NCBI RefSeq assembly: GCF_964204645.1
Contig: NC_134027.1
Location: forward strand, 21,848,560-21,912,559
Direction of reading: 5' to 3'
Length of the DNA stretch: 64,000 nt
From: Tubulanus polymorphus
Taxonomy: Eukaryota; Animalia; Nemertea
Made by a program: the position numbers and the translations under genes. The notes under the pieces were generated by a model. That model made no database searches. It was not told where the DNA came from and was given only the letters and a program-made list of their open reading frames with translations. Positions 1 to 11,995 of the stretch are shown here, piece by piece; position 1 is the first letter of the stretch; each line of letters begins with the position of its first letter.

Positions 1-1587
1 AGATTCGACATAACTTGTCCGTGAAGGAGGTGCGATGGTGTTAGCGGTTCTGGGTCAGTTACGTCATCGGACAAATACGTAAGCGGGCGGTTGTTGATCA
101 CCATTTCGATTTCCGCGACGAGCGTAATAAGTTCAGACATCGATATGTATGCGCGGACTAAAACACGTTTCAGAACTTGTTTCGTAAGTCCAACTAAACG
201 TTCCCAAAAGCCACCATGCCATGGGGCAGCCTTTGGTATAAATACCCATTCAACATTTTTCTCGAGCATGTATTTTCGAACCGAATGAATATCGAGAAGC
301 TTCTTTAATTCTCCCGCCGCGGCCACGAATGCCGATCCGTTATCACTTATCAACTTTTGAGGTAAGGATCGACATGCGGCGAAACGTCGGAAGGCGAGAA
401 GAAATGTGGCACACGACATATCAGAAACAACCTCGAGATGAACGGCACGTGTGTTCGCACATGTAAACAAGACTATATACGCTTTCGCTTCTCTGTTGTT
501 ATCTCTCACAAACAAATGTCCGGTGAAATCCACTCCCGTTACGGTAAAGGGATGGGCATCTGTCAGCCTGCTCTTCTGCAACGGTGCAGGGTCCGGTAGT
601 GGGTATGGCTGACCACTAATGATTTTGCAATTGTAACATTTTCGCAACAGAGATTTAACGACTTTCCTGATACTTTGAATCCAATACGTTTGTCGAATAC
701 GGTTAATCGTTGATTCTGTACCCAAATGAAGTGCTCTCGCGTGAGCATCAATCACAGTTAACTCGGTAAATCGCCCATTCGGGGGTAGTAATATTGGGAA
801 TTTCGCGCCATAATCAATCGGGGCGTTATGGAGTCTCCCTCCAACTCTCAACAAGCTATCATCGCCAATAAACAACCGTAGCTGTTTTGTCAGGGGCGCT
901 CGCGATTTTGCATGATTACCCTGCAGCACGAAAATTTCATTCGAATAATTAGCATTTTGCACAGCTTTAATCCACGCCGTTCTAGCTCGGGCTATATCAT
1001 TCGGCGTCAGATCCGCGGCGGACCGATCTGTCTGGCGTTGAAGTTTCGCGACAAACAAGAAAACGTAAGCGGTGACACGTAATAATGATCCCAACTCTAT
1101 GAATCGTTCAATGTCGATTATTTCTACCAAACCAATCCGTTCGTCCTCCGCGTCTTCAACCTGCCCGGGTTGAGGATCGTTGATGTGGAGGATATTAACT
1201 GTACTAGTGTCAGCGTATAATTTATCCACGGGCCAGTCGCCATGTTTCAGCCATTCGGGGCCAAACCACCACAAATTAGAATGCCGTAGTTTCTCGGAGT
1301 CGATTCCACGCGACAGTATGTCTGCCGGATTATCAGACGTCGGGCAGTAACGGTACTCGTCAATTTTGATAGATTTAATCTGTTTCACGCGGTTGCTGAC
1401 GAATACTGGTAACTTTCGATCGGAGTTCAACCAACAAAGCACAATCTGACTATCGCTCCAAAGCACTTTTTTGGTTATAGCGATTTCAGAACCGAGCGAT
1501 TCAGTTACATAATCGATAAGCTTCGAACCTGTCAAAGCAGCAAGTAATTCCAGTCGTGGAATAGTTAATTCCTTTACTGGTGCGACA
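1..1587 (-). pseudogene. BEL RNase H C-terminus and integrase (open frame running off the window edge)
   Basis: Manual translation: VAPVKELTIPRLELLAA...WSDSQIVLCW...FVSNRV...DNPADILSRG...WWFGPEWL...GGRLHNA...H..H...C..C...GVDFTG...SDNGSAF...PWHGGFWERLVG...INNRPL. It is absent from the ORF track, presumably because there is no stop before position 1. Confidence 0.94.
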
Positions 1588-3000
1588 GTGTCTTAGACAT
1601 AACAAACGATGTATCATGCTGGTTTCGTAAATAAACCACAGCTCCAAATGCTGCTTTGCTACTATCAGCAAACACGTGTATTTCATAATTCTGGGTTTGC
1701 GGTTGACTTAAGTATTTCCTTGATAACACAATTTCTGACGCACGTGACAAATCATTCCGAATCGAGAACCATTTTTCTCGCATTGATTCGTCCTGTACTG
1801 GGTCGTCCCAGCCTAGATTAAGTTTCCAGAGTTCCTGGATGTACATCTTAGCCCTGACCTGTACGGGGGCCAGAAAACCAAGCGGATCATATAACTTCGA
1901 CGCCGCGCTAACTACCTCACGTTTTGTCACCAGATCGGACGTTCCGTCATCTACCTTGATGCTAAGGGTGTCGTTATGAGTGTCCCATCGGATCCCGAGG
2001 ACGTTCGCGATGGGTTTCGACTCGGCTACTCCATCCGAGCTCGCCAAATTACGCAGTCTCTGGCAATTAGTTGCCCACGCTCTGAGGGACAAGCCTGCAG
2101 AATTCATTATTTCGTTTGATTGTGCATAAAAGTTTATCGCTTTGTCCTCAGATGTTACTCCAGTGACGATATTATCCACGTATATGTTTTCGGCCAATTT
2201 CCCCGCGGTTTCGCAATCGTAATTGGCTAAGTGGGATTTGACAGTGGCATTAAGAACAAACGGGCTCGAGACCGCTCCGAACAGGATACTTTTAAACTGA
2301 AGTACTTTGAAATCGCTTTCTGGATCATTCGGGTCGGTTAACCACAAGAATTTGGTATACTTCCGATCGTGTTCGTGGAGTCTTATTTGTAAAAATGCCT
2401 TTTCGATATCGGTGGATATTCCCGTAGAGTACAATCGAAATCGCAACAATATAGATACCAAATCGTTTAGGAGCGGGGGTCCAGTTTCCAAGCAATCATT
2501 CAACGACGGTTCGCTTCCGACTCTACAACTGCAGTCGAAAACGATTCTGAGGGGCGTGGTAGTAGAGTCCTTTTTTACTCCTCGGTGGGGTAAATAGTGT
2601 CCGATACTAGAGGTGTCATGTGTTACATCCTCTATGAAATCACGCGACAGTTGTTCTTCAATTATTGTATCGTATACGGTTCTCATTTCTGCGGATAAAC
2701 GGCGTATCATACTGCGAGTCCGTGCTTCGGCCACGTGTCTGTTGTCCGGCAAGGGGGCGTGGCTTTCTTTCCAAGGTAGTTTCGCAGTATAGCGTCCATC
2801 GCTATCAACAGTTAGATGGGTTTTAATATAGTCCGAATAAGCAAGTCCACGGTTTTTTATCAAAGAAGCGTCATCTTTGATGCCGATCGTTTCTAAGTCC
2901 CAAAACGATTGTAATGAGACTTCCTCTCCGCGGTGCGAATTGAGATCCATATTTCTCACACAAGATACGTTGAGAACGGTTGAATTCCTTACTCCGGTGA
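1588..3000 (-). pseudogene. BEL reverse transcriptase and N-terminal RNase H
   Basis: ORF 1574..2959 carries FWDLETIGI, YLPHRGVKK, RIVFDCS, LNDCLETGPPL, DIEKAFLQI, FGAVSSPF, YVDN, YDPLG and HVFADSS. It is joined to the upstream ORF by a 1-bp frameshift near 3000-3020. Confidence 0.95.
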
Positions 3001-4842
3001 GTAAGGTGTGGTTGGTATGGGCCCTGATAAGAGATACCCTATACGTGATGAAACGGCAGTCGGGCCGTAGCCCTTCACGGTATTATCGCCGACTATAGAC
3101 CAGTAGTAATCGGCGCCAATTAATACATCGATATCAAAGTCGCCGGTTATTGATGATGGCTGTTCCGCTAGAGTTAGGTTTCGCAGATGCGGAAGATCCA
3201 AAACTTTATTGTTTACAAGATTGCTGATTGGCGTGGAGATGGTCGGTATCACGAGGGCTTTAATTAGTATCGGTGAACCCTCTGATGACGCGATGTTAAA
3301 GTTCGTTCTTTGAAGTAATCGCCGACCGGCCAGTTGTTCTCCGAACGTCGCTAGATTGATTTCCTCTTGGCCCAGATGTGGGAGATTTAAGCTGACAGAA
3401 ATTCGCGTCGTGATAAACGATCTATGGCTGCCTTCGTCCAGTAAAATGTTTATCTTACGACCATTCGAGCGGTTATTAGCGGAAGTTGATGGCGAAAAAA
3501 TCTCCGCCACAGCTGTTTTAAGAAGTATGGGCCCATCTGGTCGTGGTTGTTGGGCGCCGGCATACGTTTGATGAACAGTTTTTATATCGTGAGAATCGCT
3601 TCTGCTTCCGTTTTGTGGTCGATCTTTCGTAGAAATCTCGCGCGTTTCTGTAAGGGAGGAACCACATAGTAACGTGTGATGTTTCCCTCTGCACTTTTTA
3701 CATGTGTTCTTGGATTTACAGTCCCGAGAACGATGAGTGCCCATGCAATTATAACAAAGTTTATCACGTTTAACGATATCCAGGCGTTTCTCTGGTTCGG
3801 TTACAAGAACACAATCTGACGCGAAATGTGTCCCTTTACAAAATGTACATTTTAATGGTTTTCTCTTGATCGCATTGCCCACGTGGAACGCTGACGTGGT
3901 ACCCAGGTGAGCAGTTTCTGGGTACACTGAAACTCCTGCCTGGAACGCTGTTATCTCTCTCGAAAGGGCATCTCGCAACGACTGGAGATTCCAATTCGCG
4001 CCGTTATTATCCCTCGTTATCTGTCGTCGTATCATCCCAGGCAGTTTATCTAAGATAATCGGAGTCAACAAATCTCCGTAGCTATCTTCGTTTTTTCCGA
4101 GCGCACTTAGTCCTCGGATATATGTTTCCAGTTTGTCCGAAAATTCCATCAGACTCTGCATGTCTTCTGTCGGTCGCTAAAGTTCCCATAACGCTCGCAT
4201 ATATGCACTGATAATGATTTGCGGTTGCCCATACCTTTTTATCAGTACTTGAAGTGCGTTCGCATAATTCGACGCGGTGAGGGCCAGACCCTCGATCGTT
4301 CTGTAAGCTTCGCCGTTAAGTTGTGCGCGTAAGTATTGGAACTTAACGACGTCGTCGAGATTCGGGTCGTCGTTGGCCGCTGAATTGAATCCGTCTATGA
4401 ATTCCTGCCATTTGAGTAAATCGCCGTCGAATTTTGCGAGCGTAAGTTTAGGTAGATTTACCTTGTTCGGGCGAAATGGCGTCGCAGAAGCACCGGAATT
4501 GTTCATCGAAGAATTATGAGGTTGCGTTGTGTGCGTCGCCTTTTCTACAAATCGGATTATTCGGCCGCGTTTTTCAATGACGCTAGATCTGAAGTCCTCT
4601 GCTTCTTGAATCGTGTCTGAAAGATGCGTTAAAGGAGTTAGGTCCTCGATCGTCAAGTCTAGCTTCTCTAGTCGACTTAACTTTTCTGTGATCTGCTCGA
4701 TGTAAATATCTAGTAAATCTACATCGTCTTCGGTCGTTCGAAAATCTTCGACGATTGTTGACGATTTCACGACGAGATCATCAACTTTCTGCCTGATTGC
4801 AGTTCGTGTGATTGTCGACCGGTTCAGTTGAGTATCCTCCAC
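2989..4842 (-). pseudogene. BEL gag + zinc knuckles + aspartic protease (interrupted by in-frame TAG at 4177-4179)
   Basis: ORFs 4177..4860 and 2989..4161 share one frame (…ELstopRPTEDMQ…). Knuckles are CTFCKGTHFASDC, CYNCMGTHRSRDC and CKKCRGKHHTLLC. Protease motifs are LLDEGSHRSFI and DVLIGADYYW. Confidence 0.93.
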
Positions 4843-4849
4843 TCGGCTG

Positions 4850-4867
4850 ATCCTGGTCACGGCACCA
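4850..4867 (-). promoter_or_regulatory. Primer-binding site complementary to the 3' end of tRNA-His
   Basis: Minus strand TGGTGCCGTGACCAGGAT. The + strand atcctggtcacggcacca matches the 3' 18 nt (including CCA) of animal tRNA-His(GUG) as I recall the sequence. Confidence 0.88.
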
Positions 4868-4868
4868 A

Positions 4869-5110
4869 TGTGGCGTTGCGAGTCACAAAGAAGACCAGGT
4901 TCGGAGATAAAAGAAGAGAAAGACTAAAAACACGACGGGTTCAGTCTACAGATCATAAGATACTCGTTTATTTCGGTCACACACAGGCTAACCACCTGTC
5001 CCGACTGCACATGCGCATGCTAATATATATGATGATTCGCTACATAGGCTAAGGGGGAGTGAACACTATATGGTTACTGACATATTTACATAAACATCCT
5101 GTTCTCGACA
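4869..5110 (-). repeat. 5' LTR of the BEL/Pao element (~242 bp)
   Basis: Minus strand reads TGTCGAGAAC...CGCAACGCCACA (TGT...ACA termini) and is followed 1 nt later by the PBS. It contains a TATA-like stretch (~5021-5030) and AATAAA (+ strand tttatt 4967-4972). The outer boundary is inferred from the TGT terminus because the second LTR is outside the window. Confidence 0.8.
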
Positions 5111-5590
5111 ATAAGATTGGAGCTGTAGTTGCGCGCTAGTAGGTCATGATGTCATCCAAGATGGCCGACTGTGGCTTCACTTGCCACCCAACGATTAATG
5201 CTATTTACTTCGGGCTTCAATGATTTTGTGTTGTGCATTAGAACGAGGGTCACGGACTTACATCGTCAAACAAGTGCCTTTCGAGAAAGCGCTTACTTTC
5301 ACTATCAAAAAGCGCCTACCACTATGAACCCTGATAAAGCCATGTTCACACTACGTTATCATAACATGGATAGGCCTCTGTGAGAACAGTGTGATTGATG
5401 TGATAAATAATTGTGATAGGCTAAGTGATCAATTAGTGGTTGTGAGTTAAAAATCAATAATAGTTGAACGTTTATTGATTACCTTTGTCTGGTCAATGAC
5501 ATAAAGTTTATTTGAGGTTCATTTGAATCTTAAGTCTGCTAGGTTGTTGTAAAAGACTACATTATTCATGCTGATTGGTTTGTCTACTAC

Positions 5591-6005
5591 AGCTGTGGCC
5601 ACACGGAGATGATTTGGCCTGGGTCAAACTGCCCCCCCCCCCTAGTCATATTTGGCCTACGCTTGATTAGAGCACATTCAAACAAAAATCACTCGTTTGT
5701 TAGTAAAACGCTAATCAAAGCAATGCTGTGAGAACACACAGCATTGCCTCGATAGCATTTTAGTAACAAGTGACAGAGCCCTGTTCTTAGCACAGTTGTC
5801 GCTTTCAGAACCAGTTAGCATTTCACGTGAAGTAATCTGAAACGTGCTATAATTTGGCACGGGCCGGGTCCATTGTTTTAGTCACGCGAAATTTGGCTCT
5901 GTGAACCGGGCGCTGACCAATTTTGCACCAGTTCGAATTTGAACACCCATATTTCGCACCGGCGAAAATTTGACTTGGGTCAAAAATGCTCGTGTGATCG
6001 CGACT
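5591..6005. mobile_element. Harbinger-like MITE family B
   Basis: Termini AGCYGYGATCACAC...GTGTGATCGCGRCT; the shared core (ctaattagagagc, atactaaacaatgctc, accagttgcaattca, gctaaaatttggc) recurs at roughly 18 sites in the window. Confidence 0.75.
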
Positions 6006-6077
6006 ATAGTTTTTGCAGAGGTTTACGGCTTATAAGCCTTTTATAGGCTGGCTTTACTTGTAAAGAAGACACTTTAA

Positions 6078-6353
6078 CCCTTTCAGTGCGTCTACACCGC
6101 AGGGCGGTGTATGAACTGATGATGGATTTTGCTAGTACACCGCACTGATGTGTATTGATGTAATTAGTAATTAGTTTTAACTCTATTAGATGATGGTAGC
6201 ACCTGTCAAATATAGTGAAATATTAGTAACTAACAATACACTGCGCCGTGGTGTAGATGCACTATAGAGGTATTCCCATTATTCAACACGCTAGGGTGGA
6301 ATTTTTCAAAATCTCCAGCACTATAGGGTATTGATTAGTCAGCACTGAAAGGG
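6078..6353. mobile_element. piggyBac-like MITE family A (TTAA TSD)
   Basis: TTAA|CCCTTTCAGTGC...GCACTGAAAGGG|TTAA, 276 bp, with repeated internal ACACCGC/GCGGTGT motifs. Confidence 0.9.
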
Positions 6354-6759
6354 TTAATAAGCTTATATATAGTTCACGGGTGAAATTTGACTATAGTTAA
6401 AACACAGTTCCACGAGGACTCAACAACACGTGCCTCTACAGCTCGTGAAGCAACTTATTACCAACTAGCGAATGACCCGTCCAAAGACGGGTTTTATCAT
6501 GATTGAATTGACAATTTTGCTTCTCGTACGTATTGTTTTCATCTTGAATTCCCTCTTATTTATTCGATTGGTAGATTCGACTTGACTTGATCTGGATGGT
6601 CGGTTGGGAAAGATATATATTCCCTTAACTACTCGAAGCGGAAGTGGTGTTTGGACTTTTTTGGAAACGAAGTACTCGGACGACTCCTACGAATAAAATC
6701 TACAGTGTTACAGCAACGTTTTTTAGAAAAAATAAGGATTTGTTTTCGTATTCGATCAG

Positions 6760-6996
6760 TAGATTTGGTCTCATTTGGATTGATTTAGTGTCACTTACAG
6801 ACCGACCACGCCTGCCGCGAACGAAACACGGAGTTTGATTTTGAAATCTGAATTGGTACAGATGAAGTTGTGTGATCGGCGGTCGAATTTACAGAAGTTT
6901 TCATCCAAATCGAAGTACATTAAATCGGAAATTTTGCTTGCGGTTCATTCGAACATCTTCCAACCAGCCTGAACCGGCAAGCGACTGACTAGGGTT
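6760..6996. repeat. Unclassified interspersed repeat (family D)
   Basis: gttgtgtgatcggcggtcga...aaatcgaagtacat...ctgaaccggcaagcgactgact is shared with 38030-38236 (direct) and ~24596-24755 (inverted). Confidence 0.8.
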
Positions 6997-7639
6997 ACAC
7001 GAACGCTGACGCCTGGCGTATACCAGGTGATTTCTTGTTGACTTGTTGACGATTTTCATCTCGATAGTTGTGCTGCGATATCGCATAGTGTTCAACCACA
7101 TTGTCAGCTGTTGATAGTGCCACCGGTGACAAGATTGCCCAGTATCTAGCATAATAGATATATATTCGGTTACAAGATCACTGTCAGTCGCATAGTGCGC
7201 CCCTCGTAGTGACAAGTCCCGTCACTAACAGCCGATCAGCACTTGGATTACTAGAATTGAATCGATGCCTTGAAAAGTAACACTGCTTAATATTTTCAAA
7301 AATAAGTAACATGATATAGGATTTTATAATAATCAAGGATCGATATATTTATTTTGAATTTGCATATATCGATAATTGAATTGAATTGACTGGCAACCAG
7401 TCTAGCCCAGATACGGTATAGCTTGGAATTGAATTAACATCGTTAACGTTTATTTTCCGTTTCCTTTACGTTTAAAACGGAAAATTGTTCGGCTTTTTGG
7501 AAAGAAATCAAACGCGTACCGTACATCGTTGTATCGGGTTTTAAAACGCGTTTTAAATCACGTGTACTCAACGCGTTTCGATTTGAACGTTGAATGAGAG
7601 AACGTGATGCGTTCAACACGCGAACGTTGCGCAATGAAG

Positions 7640-7890
7640 GCTTCAAGGCTCTCGGCGGTCACCGTTGTGGCAGGTAAGGCATTCCAATCAGCGATGGTCC
7701 TTGGGAAAAATGACCACTTGCGTGCTTCGGATGAACACATTGGCCGCTGGAATGCATGCTTGCTCAGGCCTCTGGAGTAGCGTATTGGCTTGACGAACCG
7801 AGTAGTGGTGTCTAGGTTGGCCATGCCATTGGTAATCTTGTACATCATGGCTAGTCTGGCATTCCTGCGCCATATTGATGACATAGCGCA
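7640..7890 (-). mobile_element. Non-LTR retrotransposon (LINE) ORF2 C-terminal fragment
   Basis: RRNARLAMMYKITNG...KWSFFPRTIADWNALP...SLEAF, a typical LINE ORF2 C-terminus. Confidence 0.82.
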
Positions 7891-9193
7891 CATCCTCTCA
7901 TAAAGTCTACTAATACTAAGACTTACCTAAAATGGAATGAGAGTATTAATTACGTAGTACACATCGACTCACACGGAACCCGTCGTATAATGCATAGTAG
8001 TTATCAAAACATCGTTGTAACGGTTCTTACGTTGTCAAAGAATCATGTGGTCCCTGGCCCTGAAGAGAAATGGCGCCATTTTGCGGCCAGCGATTCTGCC
8101 ATAAAAAGACTCATTTCGCTATGTTTAAACATTGTTCGGTATTGAGTGAGTGTTTTACATGTCACCACGCTCTCTAATTAGGCACGGACCAAACTTGACT
8201 CGGGGCCCGATCCGTGCATATCATCTCGGCTGAATACGGCTTATGTAAATGTTTGGTTTCAACAAGAGTATTCAGCAGATAGAGTGTTTCAACGATGTAA
8301 ATGGTGGTGTTTTATCAGATTTCATTTGATACCTGAAAAATATGCGAAAATGATTGAATTTCGACTACGTATATAATTATTACAAATTAATCCAGATTTA
8401 TGATTATGCCAGTTTATCAAGTTACGGCTGTCGAGAATAAAGCTGGTTTCATTGTACGTAGCACTGGTTTATAACATGTACATATTATCAACACGGTATA
8501 TAGGAACTATTCAAAACCCTCATCTGTATGATGCAGATCCGCGCAGAACGTCTCTCGTACAACAGATTTTTCGGTAAGAGGTGATTATATAAGCTGCGTT
8601 CGCAGTATAGCAACAATCGCGCAAGCATTTTTTACCCGGGCCTTATTTGACCATTTGGCCAATCGTTCACACCGCGCTGATTGGGTCCATACCTCTTTTT
8701 TTTCGGCCGGGCTGGTCAAGATTTTAGTATGGGTTCGATTAATTCTTTAGCCACGATCGCACAAGCATTTTTATGCAAAACTTTGCAAAAAATATGCAAA
8801 AACTTTTAGCTAGGATGCGGAAGTGACTCCTTAACCGCAGTGAGTGATTTGCACATGAACATGCAGGGGTCTTGGTTGGGGCCAATGAGACCCAACCAAA
8901 AAGACAGATCCAGGTTGTGCAAAATTTTGCAATGGATTATTACCCGCTGTATGTGAATAGCAACTTGTCATTCATTGCCTCCTGTCAATGACAAGTGTTT
9001 TGTCTAGCTGGACCGGGTCTGGGCCAAATCAGAGCTGACTAACTAGATGCGAACGATCGCTTGCACAAGCGTTGTTGGCCCTTGGCAAATTATGCTCGGA
9101 ATAACTGTTCACACGGGTGCCGCCAAATAGGCCCCATGTCTGTTTGGCCTGGGCAAGATTTGCCCAAACAAAACATCGGAGTAGGGTCGGGCC

Positions 9194-9439
9194 CATCCTC
9201 CCTTGGCAGGGATTCGAACCCGATGGCATCGCTATACTCAGCCACGGCACGAACCCCTGCCACAGTGGACCGGGTGCGCAGGTACATACGCAGCTATGCT
9301 GCGTGAAAACTTGCAGCACCAATCGGATTGCTCGTCATATAATCACTCAGGTAAATTTCACGGAAGAACTATAAATGGGAAAACCCGGGCTGAAATAAAA
9401 CGGGATGCCATCAAGTTCGCATCCCTGCCGGGGAGGATG
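9194..9439. mobile_element. Palindromic MITE family C, nested in a family B copy (~9056-9500)
   Basis: TIR CATCCTCCC.GGCAGGGATTCGAACCCGATGGCATC and its reverse complement; flanks ggtcgggcc / ggtcgagcc suggest a 9-bp TSD. Confidence 0.8.
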
Positions 9440-10137
9440 GGTCGAGCCAGATTTTAGCAAGGGTCAAATAGTGTGCATGAATTTCAACTGGTTCCGCAAT
9501 TGAGACTCGGACCTTGCGGACATTTCGCTAGTATGAATGCCCGATCCGTACTGATATGAAACAGACTATGTTTAGTACGTCGGCACCGAACGTGGCTAGT
9601 ATATGGATGGTCTATACGACGTTACTCGGTGACGCAATATTCTTTTATGTTGGAATTATCCGCAATTTATATGCGTTTCAATTCCCTATTTTACGCGATA
9701 TCGCCAGCAGACTGACTCATTCCTCGTCTTCTTACTATTCCCATAGGATTCTGAGTGGTATTACATTTAAAAAATTGACTACGCGGGCACACGTCAATCT
9801 ATTTTTAGAATTGTGCAGGACCCAGTTTCGTAAAACAGAACTGATTAAGGGGTTCGTAGTGATCTGAAACAGCCTGATATAAAAAGTTATTTCAGGCAAG
9901 GAAAATTCTGGAATTTTGGTGTATTTGAAGTAAAGCTAGGAAAAGCGTGAAGTTTTGTAACAATATATACTCATTTTTGTTTTCCATTTGATTTCTGTGT
10001 CTGCTACGCTCCTCTGTCCATTGGTAGCATCCAGCATAAACGTTTTGCCAATAATGAGCACCGGAAATGGTTGAATTTTTAGTTCGAATTTGCCTTCCAA
10101 ACAGCCCAGAATATGATCTGGTATTCAGATTGTTTAG

Positions 10138-10246
10138 GACCCAGTTCCACAGTTGTGAGTTAGATTTAACTCTGAGTTAAAGTTAGTTAATTTTCAATGT
10201 TTTAACTCGGAGTCAAATCTTAACTCACGACTGTGGAACTGGACCC
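10138..10246. mobile_element. Short palindromic MITE (GGGCCCAGTTCCACAG-type TIR)
   Basis: ccagttccacagttgtgagttagattt...aaatcttaactcacgactgtggaactgg hairpin; relatives at ~21618-21678, 56368-56475, 57748-57886, 59510-59595 and 60363-60468. Confidence 0.7.
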
Positions 10247-10910
10247 TGGAGGCTATGAACCTTGATTAAGCTAAAAAATAATAAGCTACGTTGAGCATCC
10301 GTTCTTAATCACTACATGTCCCGAATTCGATTATAAGCGACGTCACTCAAGATTCTAAGGCTTACTTATGTTGCCAAATCCACGAGAATCCCGTGCTTAC
10401 AAAGCAAGCCGGCATTCACGCATAATTTGGCGCTTAGGAAGACTGTTTTAGTTTTTCATTCGGTAAGCCGATGCTGGGGGATAATATTCAAGATGGCTTC
10501 TCTATGCTATCTTTGCATGTAGGTCATCCAAAATGGCCGCCACAGTTATATCGGTGTCTGAAATAGCCAATTTGGAGCGTGTTACCGCTGTGCAGTGTAG
10601 AGTTTTAGACACCGATATTTTAGACCAAACTTGCTCCGTGGTCGCGAGCCAACTTTTTCACCGGATCAACATGCTTGCTTGCAGTGTTTAGCAATGCCAT
10701 GTGCGTTGCGGTTGAGGTGTTTTAATGAGACAATTCGATTTATGCCTTTAATTAAGCTTTGCTCATTCTCAATAAAGTTCGATAGTCATCTATCAAATTG
10801 TCTCACCCTCTCGGGTTCTTAGCACAAACTTCTTAGTTTATTAAATCTCTTGTGTAGGCCTATATTTCGTATTCACAAAGGGAGGTCATAGATACCGAGG
10901 TATACTTCTA

Positions 10911-11085
10911 AGCCGCGATCGCACAAGGATTTTTGTACTGTTCACTCGGGTGCCAAATGGGCTCGAGCCTGTTGGGCCTGGGCCAAATTTAGCCTGACCA
11001 AAACGTCGGACCAGGCCCGAGTCAAATTTTAGCGCGAGACAAATGATTGCATTTGAATTGCAACTGGTAACGGAAATGACCTACT
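10911..11085. mobile_element. Family B MITE, partial
   Basis: agccgcgatcgcacaag terminus plus family core. Confidence 0.7.
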
Positions 11086-11749
11086 ATTTACTAAGATTTT
11101 ATATCAAAGATTCGAGTGTTAGGGCTAGATTTAACTTGGAATGGATTTGGTAAGAATAGAAAAATGTTAAAACCTTACATCGACTACTAATAATTGTGTT
11201 GAGTGTCTGACCCGGAAATATATTTCGTCCATGAAACTGATGTAAGTTTCAACTTTCCTGCGTGTTAGTGGCATACGCATAACCTATCAAAACGCGATTT
11301 TATTAAAAGCTCACTGAATATAGAAAATCAGTATTTGAAACCAGTTCACGTGGGATTCAAACCTTAACCACTGCCATTTTGAATGATCATGTGATCGTAG
11401 AACAGCAGCTGCAATACAGCTGCAATTCAGCTATGATGCATTGAAGAAGCGCTCAGGTCTACAGAACGCTGAGCAACTAGTGGTGGGTCTAGAGAATAGT
11501 TTGTATGTCCTAATTACGCGTAAAAATTGTTACATCGTCTTAACATGTTTAGCTATGCAATTGTTGCATAAAACCTCGTCGAAAATAGAAGAAGTCGCAT
11601 TGTGTATACGTACGTCCCTTAAAAAATTTGAAAAATCTCGTTTTTTTTCTTTGGTGCGAAGAAATGTGAAAATGGTGGAAAAAAGGGATGTGAAAATTTC
11701 GAGAATCTTTCGAGTATCTCATCCCAGAGCCCCTTAGTGGCCGCTCAAT

Positions 11750-11995
11750 GGCTGTGATCACACGGAGACGATTTGGCCCGGGCCAAATTGGCGTGGATCA
11801 GACTCGAGCCAAATTTGGCCCGTGTCTAATTAGAGAGCTCACGCGCAAACCATTCACTCGATACTAAGCAATGCTCGAACAGTGAAGTGGGTCATTTCTG
11901 GAACCAGTAGCAATTCACACGTAATCAGTTATCGTTAGCTAAAATTTAACCGGGCCTGGTCCGACGTTTTTGGCACGGGCCAAATTTGGTCATTT
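11750..11995. mobile_element. Family B MITE, partial
   Basis: ggctgtgatcacacggagacgatttggccc terminus plus core. Confidence 0.7.

Larger units (their letters stand above)
1..5110 (-). mobile_element. BEL/Pao LTR retrotransposon (5' LTR through integrase; 3' end outside window), defective
   Basis: Domain order on the minus strand is gag (DUF1759-like LPKLTLAKFDGDLLKWQEF), three Cys/His knuckles, protease (LLDEGS), RT (YLPHRGV, DIEKAFLQI, YVDN), RNase H (FADSS, TIPRLEL, DNPAD), integrase (GVDFTG, SDNG, WERLV). An LTR and PBS lie upstream of gag. Confidence 0.97.

Noticed and set aside
2960-3020. Programmed ribosomal frameshift between protease and RT
   Set aside because: No slippery heptamer is seen, and a similar 1-bp loss occurs at ~1588 inside a conserved motif.
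4177-4179. Programmed stop-codon readthrough in the retrotransposon
   Set aside because: The TAG lies inside the gag core, not at a gag-pol junction. BEL elements normally have one ORF and this copy has other lesions, so a CAG-to-TAG mutation is simpler.
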